The translations under genes and the position numbers were made by a program. Positions 9,197-18,713 of a stretch of DNA of 64,000 nucleotides are shown piece after piece; within the stretch, counting starts at the first letter, position 1; each line of letters starts with the position of its first letter. The notes beneath the pieces are model-generated. The model was given only the letters and a program-made list of their open reading frames with translations, was not told the origin of the DNA and did no database searches. Origin of the DNA: a virus (Duplodnaviria > Caudoviricetes). Where the stretch lies: the IMG/VR virus record IMGVR_UViG_3300020036_002473, positions 15,364 to 79,363 of that record. One strand, given 5' to 3'.

Positions 9197-10465
9197 ATGA
9201 GAATGTTAAACATGAATATCACGTATGGTAGAGTGGTAGATTGTTGGATTAGAGATAGGTATGGAAATGAATGTAGTGATAGTGTTATTAAAGCTATGTG
9301 TATTGTCGTAGCTAATGTTCTCTCGTCTAAGGTAGAACACACGTATGTTAGACGTAAGACTTCAGTGATAGCAAGTAAATATAATAGACTTAAAATCACT
9401 ATGACTCACTACAAGACAGCAGCAGATAGACTACACAAGGATGGATTGGTAGAGAAGTACGATGGTAAGGCTCATTTACATGAAGAGCTACGTGAGAGTG
9501 CATGGGTAAAGGGTAGCGGCATATACAAAGAGTTTGATGTTGCTACACAGAAAGAAATGTCCTCTAGTTACGATGATACATTGCAAACAATTATTCTACG
9601 TGCAAAGAAAACAAAAGGTGTGAGTGGAAGTGATGCTCTTTTAGGATATAAGGACAACACAAATATTTATTCTATGCGTAAAGTTGTTATTGGGCTGAAT
9701 AAATTGAATAAGAAGCACAAGTTTACTTTGCAAGGTGTAGAAATGGATAACTCCAGCATGGTAAGGATATTTAATGGTGCTTGGGACAAAGGTGGAAGGT
9801 TTTATAGATGTGGTGTGCAAGATGTTAAGCAGCGAGATAGTAATAAAATGCCACTTCCTATTGAACAAACCAGATTAGGAATTCTTATTGACAATAGTCC
9901 TGTCATAGAGATTGACTTTAGAAGCCTTCACCCACTAATTGTGTATGCCAAGGATGGAATTGACGTACACAAGTTCAAGGGAGACTTCTACGAATACATT
10001 ATGTCTTGCTCCACATTTGATTTGAAAGAAGCTGATAGGCAGCTAATCAAGCTTGGTGTTGTTATTGCATTCAACTCTCTGGATGAGACAAAGGCAGCTG
10101 CTGCACTACAGAAAGAGATTAACTTTAACAAGGGAGTGTACTCATTCTCTCGTGGCTGGGATGTGTATAGCCTAATTTATAAAAGCTTGGAAGAAATACA
10201 ACATTATTTCTGTTCTGCTGAAGGAACAGGCTTGCATTTGCAATACATTGATAGTATGATTGCTGAAGAAGTGGCTAGAACATTTATTGCAGATGGAAAG
10301 CCACTACTTCCTGTGCATGACTCATTTGTTGTGAAAGCAGAAGATGAGAATAAGCTTCTGGAAGCTATGTGTTGGAGCTTCAGAAAAGTGACAGGGAATG
10401 ATAATATTCCTATTGGACTGAAGATAAAACGATGGGATAGTAGTGAAGAAAATTACATTGACTAG
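9197..10465 (+). CDS. Compact family A / T7-RNAP-like polymerase-palm protein
   Basis: Ordered motifs GGRFY, EIDFRSLHP, RQLIKLGVVIAFN, LQYIDSMIAE, PVHDSF; GAGGAG RBS. Confidence 0.6.
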   Translation: MRMLNMNITYGRVVDCWIRDRYGNECSDSVIKAMCIVVANVLSSKVEHTYVRRKTSVIASKYNRLKITMTHYKTAADRLHKDGLVEKYDGKAHLHEELRESAWVKGSGIYKEFDVATQKEMSSSYDDTLQTIILRAKKTKGVSGSDALLGYKDNTNIYSMRKVVIGLNKLNKKHKFTLQGVEMDNSSMVRIFNGAWDKGGRFYRCGVQDVKQRDSNKMPLPIEQTRLGILIDNSPVIEIDFRSLHPLIVYAKDGIDVHKFKGDFYEYIMSCSTFDLKEADRQLIKLGVVIAFNSLDETKAAAALQKEINFNKGVYSFSRGWDVYSLIYKSLEEIQHYFCSAEGTGLHLQYIDSMIAEEVARTFIADGKPLLPVHDSFVVKAEDENKLLEAMCWSFRKVTGNDNIPIGLKIKRWDSSEENYID

Positions 10466-10746
10466 CGTCTATGGCTCAGAAGAGAATTATATTGATTAGG
10501 CTGTAACCAGCTAATTAATTGTAAACAATTGAGGAGAACTAAATTAAGAAGGTTAATATACACCAAGCGAAGATGTTTTTAGAAGAACTAGACAGGATTA
10601 ATGGCCTTAATCTGGAGGACATTGTGTTCACTAACTTCACTGGAGAGAAGATTGTTATTCCAGATGATGTCTTGTCAGAGTGGAAGATTGGCGGCCTTGA
10701 CAACACGGCATTCATTCGTGATTATTTTATGGGGAGGCTCGGTTAA

Positions 10747-10953
10747 ATGACATACAAAACAATTAGAGAATACGTAGAAGCTGACGTCTGGATTTCACTC
10801 TACTCTGCAATGCTTTCTAGTGGTTGTGCAGGTACACAGAAAGCTGCTGAACGAGCCGATGCTGCCCTGTGCGAGTTTGAAAGCCGCTATGTTGTAACAG
10901 AAAAATGTTTTGACACACAGAAACGATATATTATGGAAGGGGCTAAGCTATGA
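10747..10953 (+). CDS. Hypothetical protein
   Basis: Operon packing. Confidence 0.6.
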   Translation: MTYKTIREYVEADVWISLYSAMLSSGCAGTQKAAERADAALCEFESRYVVTEKCFDTQKRYIMEGAKL

Positions 10954-11225
10954 CATACAAAAACAGCAACATGCTATTGCTAGAGGCTAAAATTGTCCTC
11001 CCACGATTCTTAGAAGAAATTTGGGAAGACATTGACAAGGCTGACGCTATGGGAGAGAATAATATCAGCTTCACGCTTCCTTCTAATGTGTTCCTTGTGG
11101 AAGGGTTGGAGAAGGAACTTACGAAAAGCAATAGCCTTAAGCAAATTAACATTCAGGAAGTGAATGGGGCTTATGTGTTGAATATTAAATGGAGACGTGC
11201 TAACAAGAAGGATGGTGTACAATGA
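10950..11225 (+). CDS. Hypothetical protein
   Basis: ATGA overlap. Confidence 0.6.
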   Translation: MTYKNSNMLLLEAKIVLPRFLEEIWEDIDKADAMGENNISFTLPSNVFLVEGLEKELTKSNSLKQINIQEVNGAYVLNIKWRRANKKDGVQ

Positions 11226-11355
11226 GCGATGAATGGTTTTGGAAGATTATGACTATTACTGTTGTGATGGCTATTCTTTCTGTAAGTGTTCGTGTAAGTC
11301 AAGTGGCCGATGCTATTAAAGCTAACAACACATGCACACAACAAGAGGAGAAGAA

Positions 11356-11703
11356 ATGAACCTATTATCACAATTTGAAAACATTAAAACAAACACTCGT
11401 ATGCCTATAGAGCACACAAATATTGGAGTGTTTTGTAACGAGAATACATTATCAGATGTTGTAGGCTACCAAACAATGTGCTGCTTCCAAGCAACATTTG
11501 GTGTTACGTACACCCTGTCTCCCGCTGATGATAACTATTCAATTAGTAAGAAACAAGACATAGCTCGTAGACGGTTGTTGCAAGGCTTGTATGGGGAGGT
11601 GCAAGACAAGCTTATCACAGCACAACATCTAATTATGTCTGGAAAATATTATGATGCTGTGGATGTGTTAGAAGAAGTGCTTAAGGCTACGAGAGGAGAA
11701 TAA
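11356..11703 (+). CDS. Hypothetical protein
   Basis: GAGGAG RBS before ATG 11356. Confidence 0.65.
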   Translation: MNLLSQFENIKTNTRMPIEHTNIGVFCNENTLSDVVGYQTMCCFQATFGVTYTLSPADDNYSISKKQDIARRRLLQGLYGEVQDKLITAQHLIMSGKYYDAVDVLEEVLKATRGE

Positions 11704-11706
11704 ACA

Positions 11707-11955
11707 ATGACAGAAGAATTAGAGGCATTTGAGCAATGGCGTAAAGGGCCGCACGAGGACGGGTATAGCGCAGCTGACGCTTTTGTAGCCGGAGCTGAGT
11801 GGCATAAGCAGAAGCTAGCACGTAAAGAAGTAGAAATATCTGGTGCATTATTCTTTAGCAGGCTTCACAGCAATAACCTTGAGAAAGAAGTAGAAGAATT
11901 AAATAAGGAAATTGAAGAGCTACGTACTAAAATGTGTTTAAGGAATATGTTATGA
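11707..11955 (+). CDS. Hypothetical coiled-coil protein
   Basis: GGAG RBS. Confidence 0.6.
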   Translation: MTEELEAFEQWRKGPHEDGYSAADAFVAGAEWHKQKLARKEVEISGALFFSRLHSNNLEKEVEELNKEIEELRTKMCLRNML

Positions 11956-12275
11956 ACCTAAACGATGGGCTTATTGGCTTGCAGAAAGACCCTCCCTATA
12001 AACCTCCCTTCAAAATAGGAGATGATGTGTACGTGCTTACATGTGGAATGAGAGAGCCTGCTACAATTGTTGAAGCCACTTACAAAACAATGTTTACAAG
12101 GCGCTTCTTAGTGAAAGTGTTCCTTGCTAAAGCTCGGACACATGTTGTGTACGACATTGCTAACATTGTTCATAGGGAAAGGGAGATAGATAAACTATCA
12201 TCTTGGGATGTCATGTATAATGTGTTAGGTAAAGATATACGTGATGTGCCTCCTGATAAACTACAGAAGCTATAG
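11952..12275 (+). CDS. Hypothetical protein
   Basis: Coupled ORF. Confidence 0.6.
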   Translation: MNLNDGLIGLQKDPPYKPPFKIGDDVYVLTCGMREPATIVEATYKTMFTRRFLVKVFLAKARTHVVYDIANIVHREREIDKLSSWDVMYNVLGKDIRDVPPDKLQKL

Positions 12276-12327
12276 ATTTTAAATAGGCATAAAGGTGGTT
12301 TCTAGGCTGATTAGATACGAGTAAATC

Positions 12328-12387
12328 AATTTAAACAGCTTAGGTGATACCTTCCTATTACCGGATGTAATCCAATCGTTTTATACC
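12328..12387 (+). repeat. Dispersed 60-bp intergenic element, copy 1
   Basis: 36/60 ungapped identity to 19716-19775 by hand; blocks TTTAAA, CCTATTACCG, CGTTTTA.ACC in the same register. Confidence 0.55.
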
Positions 12388-12443
12388 CTATAAACATAAG
12401 GAGATGTGTTACGCACCCTCCGTTCGATGCAAGGAAAACACAA

Positions 12444-12707
12444 ATGAACATACGCAAGAAGAAACAACAACACATTGCAAATATTGAGCTTGCTTACAAG
12501 CCAACATTAAGGCAAACAATTAGGTGTCTCCTTAAGATGTTTTCAAAGCGTAGAATATCTTACAACAAGACAAATAAAGAGCTTACAAAAGTTATGTGCA
12601 AGGCTGCTAGGAAAATTAGATTAGGGCCTCCTATTCCAGAAGGGTATAGCAAGCTTGAAGATGCTATTGCTAGGAGTAAGGCTAAACGTGAGGAGAAGAA
12701 TAAATGA
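12444..12707 (+). CDS. Hypothetical basic protein
   Basis: AAGGA RBS. Confidence 0.6.
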   Translation: MNIRKKKQQHIANIELAYKPTLRQTIRCLLKMFSKRRISYNKTNKELTKVMCKAARKIRLGPPIPEGYSKLEDAIARSKAKREEKNK

Positions 12708-12916
12708 AGGCAAATAAAGATCAGGTGGAGTTTGAGGAGTGGTATAAATTATGGTTTGAGGAAAAACTACTGAAAAAGGATGCTTGTGGAAGATATTTAT
12801 ATTCAAAAACCTATAACGCATTTTTTGCTTGGCAAGGCGGCACCAAGCGTTATCAATCACGCATTACAGAGCTTGAAGTTGAACTACTGCGCCTGAAAGG
12901 AGTGAATGGTGAATAA
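12704..12916 (+). CDS. Hypothetical protein
   Basis: ATGA overlap. Confidence 0.6.
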   Translation: MKANKDQVEFEEWYKLWFEEKLLKKDACGRYLYSKTYNAFFAWQGGTKRYQSRITELEVELLRLKGVNGE

Positions 12917-13322
12917 TTATTTAAGCAACATAACACAAGAACAACGAGCAGCTAATTTAGCAAAAGCACAAGCCTCCCGCCAAGCAGCTAACAAACATGC
13001 ACAAGAAACATATTACACATGGCCTTTGTCTGAAGGGCATTGGCTGGAATTAGCTACAAAATATGGAGTACGCCTTCCTGTGTTCTCTAAGAAAGCCACA
13101 GGGCAGCTTCTTTACAAATACGCTAGGATGCTAAGCCTCCCTGACGGCTCATGGGAGGAAGCTATGTTTGGGGTGGCTTATGCGTCTAATAGTGTTGCTG
13201 GAGCATTGCGTAAAGAAAGTGTTGACAGAGAAGGAAAGCTTAAATATAATGCTAGGTGTTATGTAGGGCATTTGCTTGAGCATAAGGAATTTTTAGAAAA
13301 GGAGAAGAATAATGGGAATTGA
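12906..13322 (+). CDS. Hypothetical protein
   Basis: AAGGAG RBS. Confidence 0.65.
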   Translation: MVNNYLSNITQEQRAANLAKAQASRQAANKHAQETYYTWPLSEGHWLELATKYGVRLPVFSKKATGQLLYKYARMLSLPDGSWEEAMFGVAYASNSVAGALRKESVDREGKLKYNARCYVGHLLEHKEFLEKEKNNGN

Positions 13323-13608
13323 TGTAGCTTGTGCATTAGTGGTGGGGCTTCCTTTCTTGGAGGTTGTAGAGGACGGAGGAGACTGGTGGGATAAGCATGA
13401 AGGAGAGTTGTCACGCTACAGTGTTTGGTATGATTGTCCAGACAAGGCATGTCTACTTGGAATTGGTGTGTTAGAGTCACTAGATTATACATACGAAGAA
13501 ATTACAAATGTTAATTCCTTGTTAGCTCAAATAGAGAAAGCTAAAGAGAAGTTTAAAGGATTGACAGGGCTTGAAGGCAAGGTGTATATTACACCGAATG
13601 TTCCATAG
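13312..13608 (+). CDS. Hypothetical protein
   Basis: AAGGAG RBS. Confidence 0.65.
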   Translation: MGIDVACALVVGLPFLEVVEDGGDWWDKHEGELSRYSVWYDCPDKACLLGIGVLESLDYTYEEITNVNSLLAQIEKAKEKFKGLTGLEGKVYITPNVP

Positions 13609-13609
13609 C

Positions 13610-13789
13610 ATGAACGTCTTTGATGAGAAGCTTATGCGTGATGCTGTTGTAACAAAAGAACATATAGACAACATTATTGCTACAAGGAATTATAAAAAGT
13701 TTTCATATGAAGAATGTGGCGGCTGCTGTAATGGCATTGTTGCAGATGATGTGGTGTATATTATGGAAATTAAACATAAGGAGAAATAA
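13610..13789 (+). CDS. Hypothetical protein
   Basis: ATG two bases after the previous stop. Confidence 0.55.
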   Translation: MNVFDEKLMRDAVVTKEHIDNIIATRNYKKFSYEECGGCCNGIVADDVVYIMEIKHKEK

Positions 13790-14430
13790 TGAACATTAGA
13801 GAATGGTTAGGGCTGGCTAATAAATTAGAACAACCGACAGCACAGGTTAAGCATGAGAATGTCAATGACACTGACATCCGTAGCTCATGGGAATCTTGGA
13901 ACAAATATTGGAATGATACTAAGGCTAGTGAGCCTATGTATAGCTACGTATGGAAGAAGGCAGAGCAAAGGCTAAACATCTCTAAGAATGTTGTATCTAA
14001 ATACTTTGCTAACCCTAACGATGTACCTTCTTCTCTGGCAGATTATACAAATCAGCACATGGAGCGAAATATTATTCTGTGGGCTATTAAGAATAAAGAG
14101 AATGAGGGTGTGGTGGAGAAATGTAAAAGCATTAGATACCCTGTGTTAGATATTGTGAAGAGTGTGCTCCGCTCTCCAGATGATTGGGATATTGCGTATG
14201 AATTCAAAGAGGGTCCATGCAACACAATAGGCTATGGAAGTACATTCACGTATTATACATACAAAGGAAATATTGCTCTTGGAAAGCAGAATATTTATGG
14301 AATTGCTTTCACACAGCTAGAGCGGGAGCTTATAGAGTGGTGCGAAGTACATATTAATAAAATTGTTACAGAGAGAAACATGAGTAAGCATCGTGAAGAA
14401 TTTAATAATACATGGAAGGGCTTCCAATGA
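13789..14430 (+). CDS. Hypothetical protein
   Basis: 213 aa, AAGGAG RBS. Confidence 0.7.
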   Translation: MNIREWLGLANKLEQPTAQVKHENVNDTDIRSSWESWNKYWNDTKASEPMYSYVWKKAEQRLNISKNVVSKYFANPNDVPSSLADYTNQHMERNIILWAIKNKENEGVVEKCKSIRYPVLDIVKSVLRSPDDWDIAYEFKEGPCNTIGYGSTFTYYTYKGNIALGKQNIYGIAFTQLERELIEWCEVHINKIVTERNMSKHREEFNNTWKGFQ

Positions 14431-14511
14431 CAACATTTGAGTTTGTGTGTTTTATTGCTATATTTTATTTTCAGATTAAAACATTTATTATTTTGAAAAG
14501 GATGGGTAAGG

Positions 14512-14748
14512 ATGAATAACAAAGACAGAAATTTAAACATTATTTCTATACGCAGAGATGAATTAATAATTCCATTAGAAAATACATTAGACAATTTAGA
14601 AGCATTAGGAATTGCTATGGAGATTATGGAGCCTTTATATGAATTGTATAAAATTTGTAGGGAGGCTAATAGCAATGTGTATATTGCAATAGATGGGGAT
14701 GTATGGCGGACAATAGCCTATTATAAAAATAGGCAATTATGCCAATAG
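14512..14748 (+). CDS. Hypothetical AT-rich protein
   Basis: Last ORF before non-coding island. Confidence 0.5.
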   Translation: MNNKDRNLNIISIRRDELIIPLENTLDNLEALGIAMEIMEPLYELYKICREANSNVYIAIDGDVWRTIAYYKNRQLCQ

Positions 14749-15914
14749 GCCCGTAGGTCATTATAAGCATCGTGAGGTGCAGGCATGAATGACACTACAT
14801 GCAGCAAATATCTAATTATAGAATATTTTGCTGGTGATGAATATTCAAGCAACACAAGCAAGCATTATGTAATGCGCACAGACAAAGATATTATGACACA
14901 TGCTTCAGCAGTGTAAAGAGTACATATATATATACAAAGTTTGCCATCTATAAAATATACAAGTATCGAGATTGTTTCACAACTATGTTTCACGTTCATG
15001 CAAGCACTCCTTCTCGGGTGCTTTCTCGCTTCGCTCGTTGTTTTCTTTTTGTCTGCCAGACATGCCAACAATCTCTTCTTCTCCTTGCTCTCAGCTCATA
15101 TAAAACTGTTTTCTCATAGCAGCCTATACCTTCCTATCAAACAACAAAATTAACACGTTTTACCCCTCATATTTCCCACGAATTAGCTGGAAACATAGCA
15201 AGAAAATATATGTTTTTCGTGTGCCGTGCCAGAGCTAACAAATTATCGGAAATTTACCTGAATTTTTCTAAAAAATTATTTTTGGATGTCTGTTGGTTAG
15301 GACATTTATGATTTCATTCTTGAAAATATCTTGTAGCCTGCTGTGAGCTAACTCTTTGATTATAAAGGGATAGTAAGCATATTTGACAATAATACAGTGA
15401 GGCGTATGTGTTGTTTAATAGGCCCACCCCACTTATGCCTTTGTCATGTGTCGCCCCTGAAATATCCTCCCAGTCCCCGAAGTATGATACCCCGCCAGGC
15501 TACCGCAATCGATGCACAATGCGACTTCTCGCAAGCGTTGCCATTGCCCTACATAGGCGAAGCCGAATCGCCTTATGAGGCCTTGCAGATAGTCTGCTAG
15601 CGATATAGAAAATCCCTATCAAAGCCCGCCCTTGATATGCTTCCAGCATTTCCGATAATACCGGTTATCAGCAATTATCAGGATATAGGGTAGGGTATGA
15701 GGTGCAAGCGATATACGTAGGCTATTGGAGTTAGTTGCAAGTTGTTACTAAGTAGGCTGGAAGTTCTCGGTTATGTTTGGTGGTGTGCTGCCTTGTGATT
15801 GGTGCGGACAGGCTGCGAGGGTGTGACGTTGGGAGCAAACTGCATTTTCAACTCGCAACATACTACTAGCTTCTCGTACTATAGTGCGAACAGTAGTATA
15901 TAAGCACCTCATTA

Positions 15915-15980
15915 GATACCTAACAGGATACCTAACAGGATACCTAACAGGATACCTAACAGGATACCTAACAGGATACC
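15915..15980. repeat. Tandem repeat, 5.5 x GATACCTAACAG
   Basis: Perfect 12-bp units at 15915, 15927, 15939, 15951, 15963 plus GATACC. Confidence 0.97.
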
Positions 15981-16257
15981 GTATAGCCTCTACCTTTTGC
16001 CGGCAAGGCAAGCTTGCTTGCGCACTTCTGAGGCCCATTACAGCCGCCCTACCTTGTTGCCTATGGGATGGCATTGCCGTGTGGAGATGTGCGGATACGT
16101 GGCTTGTGAAGGGCAATCTAGCTTGCTAGTCCTTTGCCTTTTAGCCTGTGTTTTAATGTTGTTATTGCAATATTATTACATAACAATGATATTATACAAT
16201 AATATAATTATATAAGCATATTCTAATATAATTAAATGCTAGTATAGATAATAAAAG

Positions 16258-16285
16258 AAAAGGCTTATAATTAAATAAGCCTTTT
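16258..16285. terminator. Bidirectional terminator ending leftward early operon
   Basis: AAAAGGCTTAT-AATTAA-ATAAGCCTTTT. Confidence 0.7.
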
Positions 16286-16359
16286 ATATATGTATTTAAT
16301 TGTACTACTTTAAAACCTGCATTTTGCAATTGTATAATTTGTTTTTGTTGTACTCCATT

Positions 16360-16758
16360 CTAGCCAAGATATAACAACCCGTCGTCTCCTTCATATAAAT
16401 AAGACTCGCCTGACATTTTACAAGCCTCGCTTAAACAATCGCCAATATCATACCCGCCAAAGCTCCCAAGTTTTCTACCCCAAAACCCCGCCCCGTGGCC
16501 GTTACGTGTCAACCACAGGTCATGGCCTACGCCTTTCCAAGTGTATTCTGTACTATTCACCATAGCACGAGACAAACAAGGCTTGAACAGGTTGTAAAAC
16601 GCCTCGCAATCGCTTTCGGCCTTCTTGATTAATTCGCCAGAGAATTGAGCGCCTTCTGTAAATTCGCTGTCTGGGCCGTACTCTGTCCACTCAATTGCGT
16701 CGATATAACCTGAGATAATTGCTTTTAGTTCAATTGATTTTAATCTGTTCATAATCAT
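16360..16758 (-). CDS. Early-region protein of unknown function
   Basis: GGAG RBS; distinctive GHDLWLTRNGHGAGFW motif. Confidence 0.75.
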   Translation of the reverse strand: MIMNRLKSIELKAIISGYIDAIEWTEYGPDSEFTEGAQFSGELIKKAESDCEAFYNLFKPCLSRAMVNSTEYTWKGVGHDLWLTRNGHGAGFWGRKLGSFGGYDIGDCLSEACKMSGESYLYEGDDGLLYLG

Positions 16759-16766
16759 TTCTCCGT

Positions 16767-17048
16767 TTATTCAACAACTAAAACATCTTTTAAAACCAGC
16801 TTTACATCAACACCCGGCAAGCTGTCATAATATTTTTGTACACTTTCAATAAAACTTTGTTGATCTTCTTTTGTACAATCCCAAAGAGAGGCCAGATATT
16901 CTACGCTTGTTTCATTGTGCCCATCTTGAAAAGTAAAGCATTCTAAGCAGGGGCGGCCCTTATTATATACCACGTAAAACATAATCGGGTGCCCAATATT
17001 GTCTTCACTATTATATTCTCTTTTAACAATAACGTGTAATTCATTCAT
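16767..17048 (-). CDS. Hypothetical early protein
   Basis: Leftward operon packing. Confidence 0.65.
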   Translation of the reverse strand: MNELHVIVKREYNSEDNIGHPIMFYVVYNKGRPCLECFTFQDGHNETSVEYLASLWDCTKEDQQSFIESVQKYYDSLPGVDVKLVLKDVLVVE

Positions 17049-17071
17049 TTTAATTTTCCCGTTTGTTTATA

Positions 17072-17206
17072 TCAAAAACTAATTTCCTTGCCTTCATGCC
17101 TTGCCACAAAGTCACTACAATTGGCCTTTTGTAGGCTTCGATACAATACCTGCCCAGAGCGATTATACACGGCCCAGAAGGGCTTTAATTTTTTAATTGT
17201 CAACAT
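17072..17206 (-). CDS. Micro-ORF, 44 aa
   Basis: MLTIKKLKPFWAVYNRSGQ...; starts one base after the upstream stop. Confidence 0.55.
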   Translation of the reverse strand: MLTIKKLKPFWAVYNRSGQVLYRSLQKANCSDFVARHEGKEISF

Positions 17207-17207
17207 C

Positions 17208-17333
17208 TTAAACCCCCCATCGTTTAAAAAGGTTTTTATTCCGCTTTTGCTTGTTCGCTTTGTCAGGCTGTTTTGTATATTGTTCTTGTTTCTTGCTCTT
17301 TTTAATCTTTGTTAATGCGCTATTTGTTTGCAT
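17208..17333 (-). CDS. Basic micro-ORF, 41 aa, paralogue A
   Basis: MQTNSALTKIKKSKKQ...; CAGGAAA RBS. Confidence 0.55.
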   Translation of the reverse strand: MQTNSALTKIKKSKKQEQYTKQPDKANKQKRNKNLFKRWGV

Positions 17334-17347
17334 GTTATTATTTCCTG

Positions 17348-17734
17348 CTAGTTTGTACGAAAAATAAAGTAGCCAGCCGCTTTACTCTCTTCGCCGTCAT
17401 AGCTTGCAAACGTATGCCCATACCCATCGGCATAAGCGTTTTGCGCTGTTTGTTCCCAGTCAATTTCAAAAGCGATAAAAGAAGGAATGTCATCTAATTT
17501 TAAATCATAACAATCGTCTATTATTTCTTTTATTGTCTCCACGTATATATCCCAGATGGAATTTTCAGAAATAATCCGATACTCGTTCCCGTCAAGTTCA
17601 AAAGTGAAATCATCTGATAAGGAACAATCTAAATTTTCGAGAGCTTCTTTAACTTCCGAGAACGTTAGACTATGGCCCCCATGCTCACAAATGCCAGATA
17701 AAAGCGTCTTCACTTCTTTTGAATATTTAGTCAT
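17348..17734 (-). CDS. Acidic protein, candidate ArdA-like DNA mimic
   Basis: About 27 D/E vs 9 K/R; C-terminal IDWEQTAQN...YDGEE...GYFIFRTN. Confidence 0.45.
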   Translation of the reverse strand: MTKYSKEVKTLLSGICEHGGHSLTFSEVKEALENLDCSLSDDFTFELDGNEYRIISENSIWDIYVETIKEIIDDCYDLKLDDIPSFIAFEIDWEQTAQNAYADGYGHTFASYDGEESKAAGYFIFRTN

Positions 17735-17767
17735 CTTGTCTTACTCCAAAAAATTTAGGGGTTTGCT

Positions 17768-17845
17768 CTATTGCTTGCCTGTATATTGTTGTTGTTGTTG
17801 ATTCTTGCTCTTTTTAATCTTTGTTAGTGCGCTGTTTGTTCGCAT
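17768..17845 (-). CDS. Basic micro-ORF, 25 aa, paralogue B
   Basis: MRTNSALTKIKKSKNQQQQQYTGKQ; GGGGA RBS. Confidence 0.5.
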   Translation of the reverse strand: MRTNSALTKIKKSKNQQQQQYTGKQ

Positions 17846-17847
17846 AA

Positions 17848-18066
17848 TTAGATCCCCACTAATGCAGCACGAATGCTGGTTTTATTAAAAATGGCACCAT
17901 CTGGCGTTTTTGCTCCGCCCCATAGGTTAGTTAGTATATCAGCAGCCTTTTCTTTGGTATTAGTTTTACAAGCAATAACCGCCGCATTATAAAGCCATTC
18001 GTCATTATTGATCCATAAGCTTACATTCCACTGGTTCCAATTTTTATAGCCGTTATATTGTGCCAT
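17848..18066 (-). CDS. Hypothetical early protein
   Basis: GGAG RBS; YNGYKNWNQWNVSLWINNDE motif; first gene after promoter at 18120. Confidence 0.7.
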   Translation of the reverse strand: MAQYNGYKNWNQWNVSLWINNDEWLYNAAVIACKTNTKEKAADILTNLWGGAKTPDGAIFNKTSIRAALVGI

Positions 18067-18119
18067 TTTGTAATGCTCCTTTTTTGCTTTTAGGCCCTAT
18101 GCCTTGAGCTGATAAATTC

Positions 18120-18147
18120 ATTATACCTGTACAATTTTACATTACAA
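18120..18147 (-). promoter_or_regulatory. Strong sigma70 early promoter
   Basis: TTGTAA-N16-TATAAT with A/T-rich upstream element. Confidence 0.7.
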
Positions 18148-18631
18148 GCGTTTTTTAAAAATAATTTTTGTATAGCATCCTGTCCATTCTTTAAAGCTTG
18201 ATTGATTAAAAAGCTCCAATGATTCTAGCACGCCGTTTGACAATCTATCTATACAAATGCCGCCTTTGATGTAATCCATCTTAAAACCCCCCTTTAATCG
18301 CTGCATTTAATTGCATGGCCGCTCTTGCGTGTGCTTTTGTCAAACCATTGTTCACGGCATACCCCTTAACAAAAAGCAAAACAAAGCGAAGGCACAATGC
18401 CCACAGAATACACCAAGCCAAGAAAAACGGATTTAATCAGGGTTTTTGCATTCATTTTAGAACCTCTTTTTAACGGTAGGATTTGTGCAAAATAACGCGA
18501 CGGCCATCATCAAAAACGCCAACAATGAAGCCAGATTTAAACCACGTTTTTAGCTCAACTTTTGATTTTTTCAACATAATAAAACCTCTTTTGTGTGTGC
18601 CTTGCTAGGCGTTTGCTGATTCGATGTAGTG

Positions 18632-18659
18632 ATTCTACTCTCTTGGCTATCCCTGTCAA
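18632..18659 (-). promoter_or_regulatory. Strong sigma70 early promoter
   Basis: TTGACA-N16-TAGAAT with A/T-rich upstream element. Confidence 0.7.
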
Positions 18660-18713
18660 GCGTTATGCAAAATAATTTCAAATAGTTTTAAGCTTGTTTT
18701 GTTTATATAGAAT

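Noticed and set aside
9197-10465. Reverse transcriptase (retron or DGR)
   Set aside because: No YxDD motif, and no template/variable repeat pair seen
15915-15980. CRISPR or mini-array
   Set aside because: Units are contiguous 12-mers with no spacers; no cas genes in the window
15748-16129. ORFs with PVRY or YLTG repeats
   Set aside because: By-products of an in-frame 12-bp repeat; no RBS and no recognisable protein features
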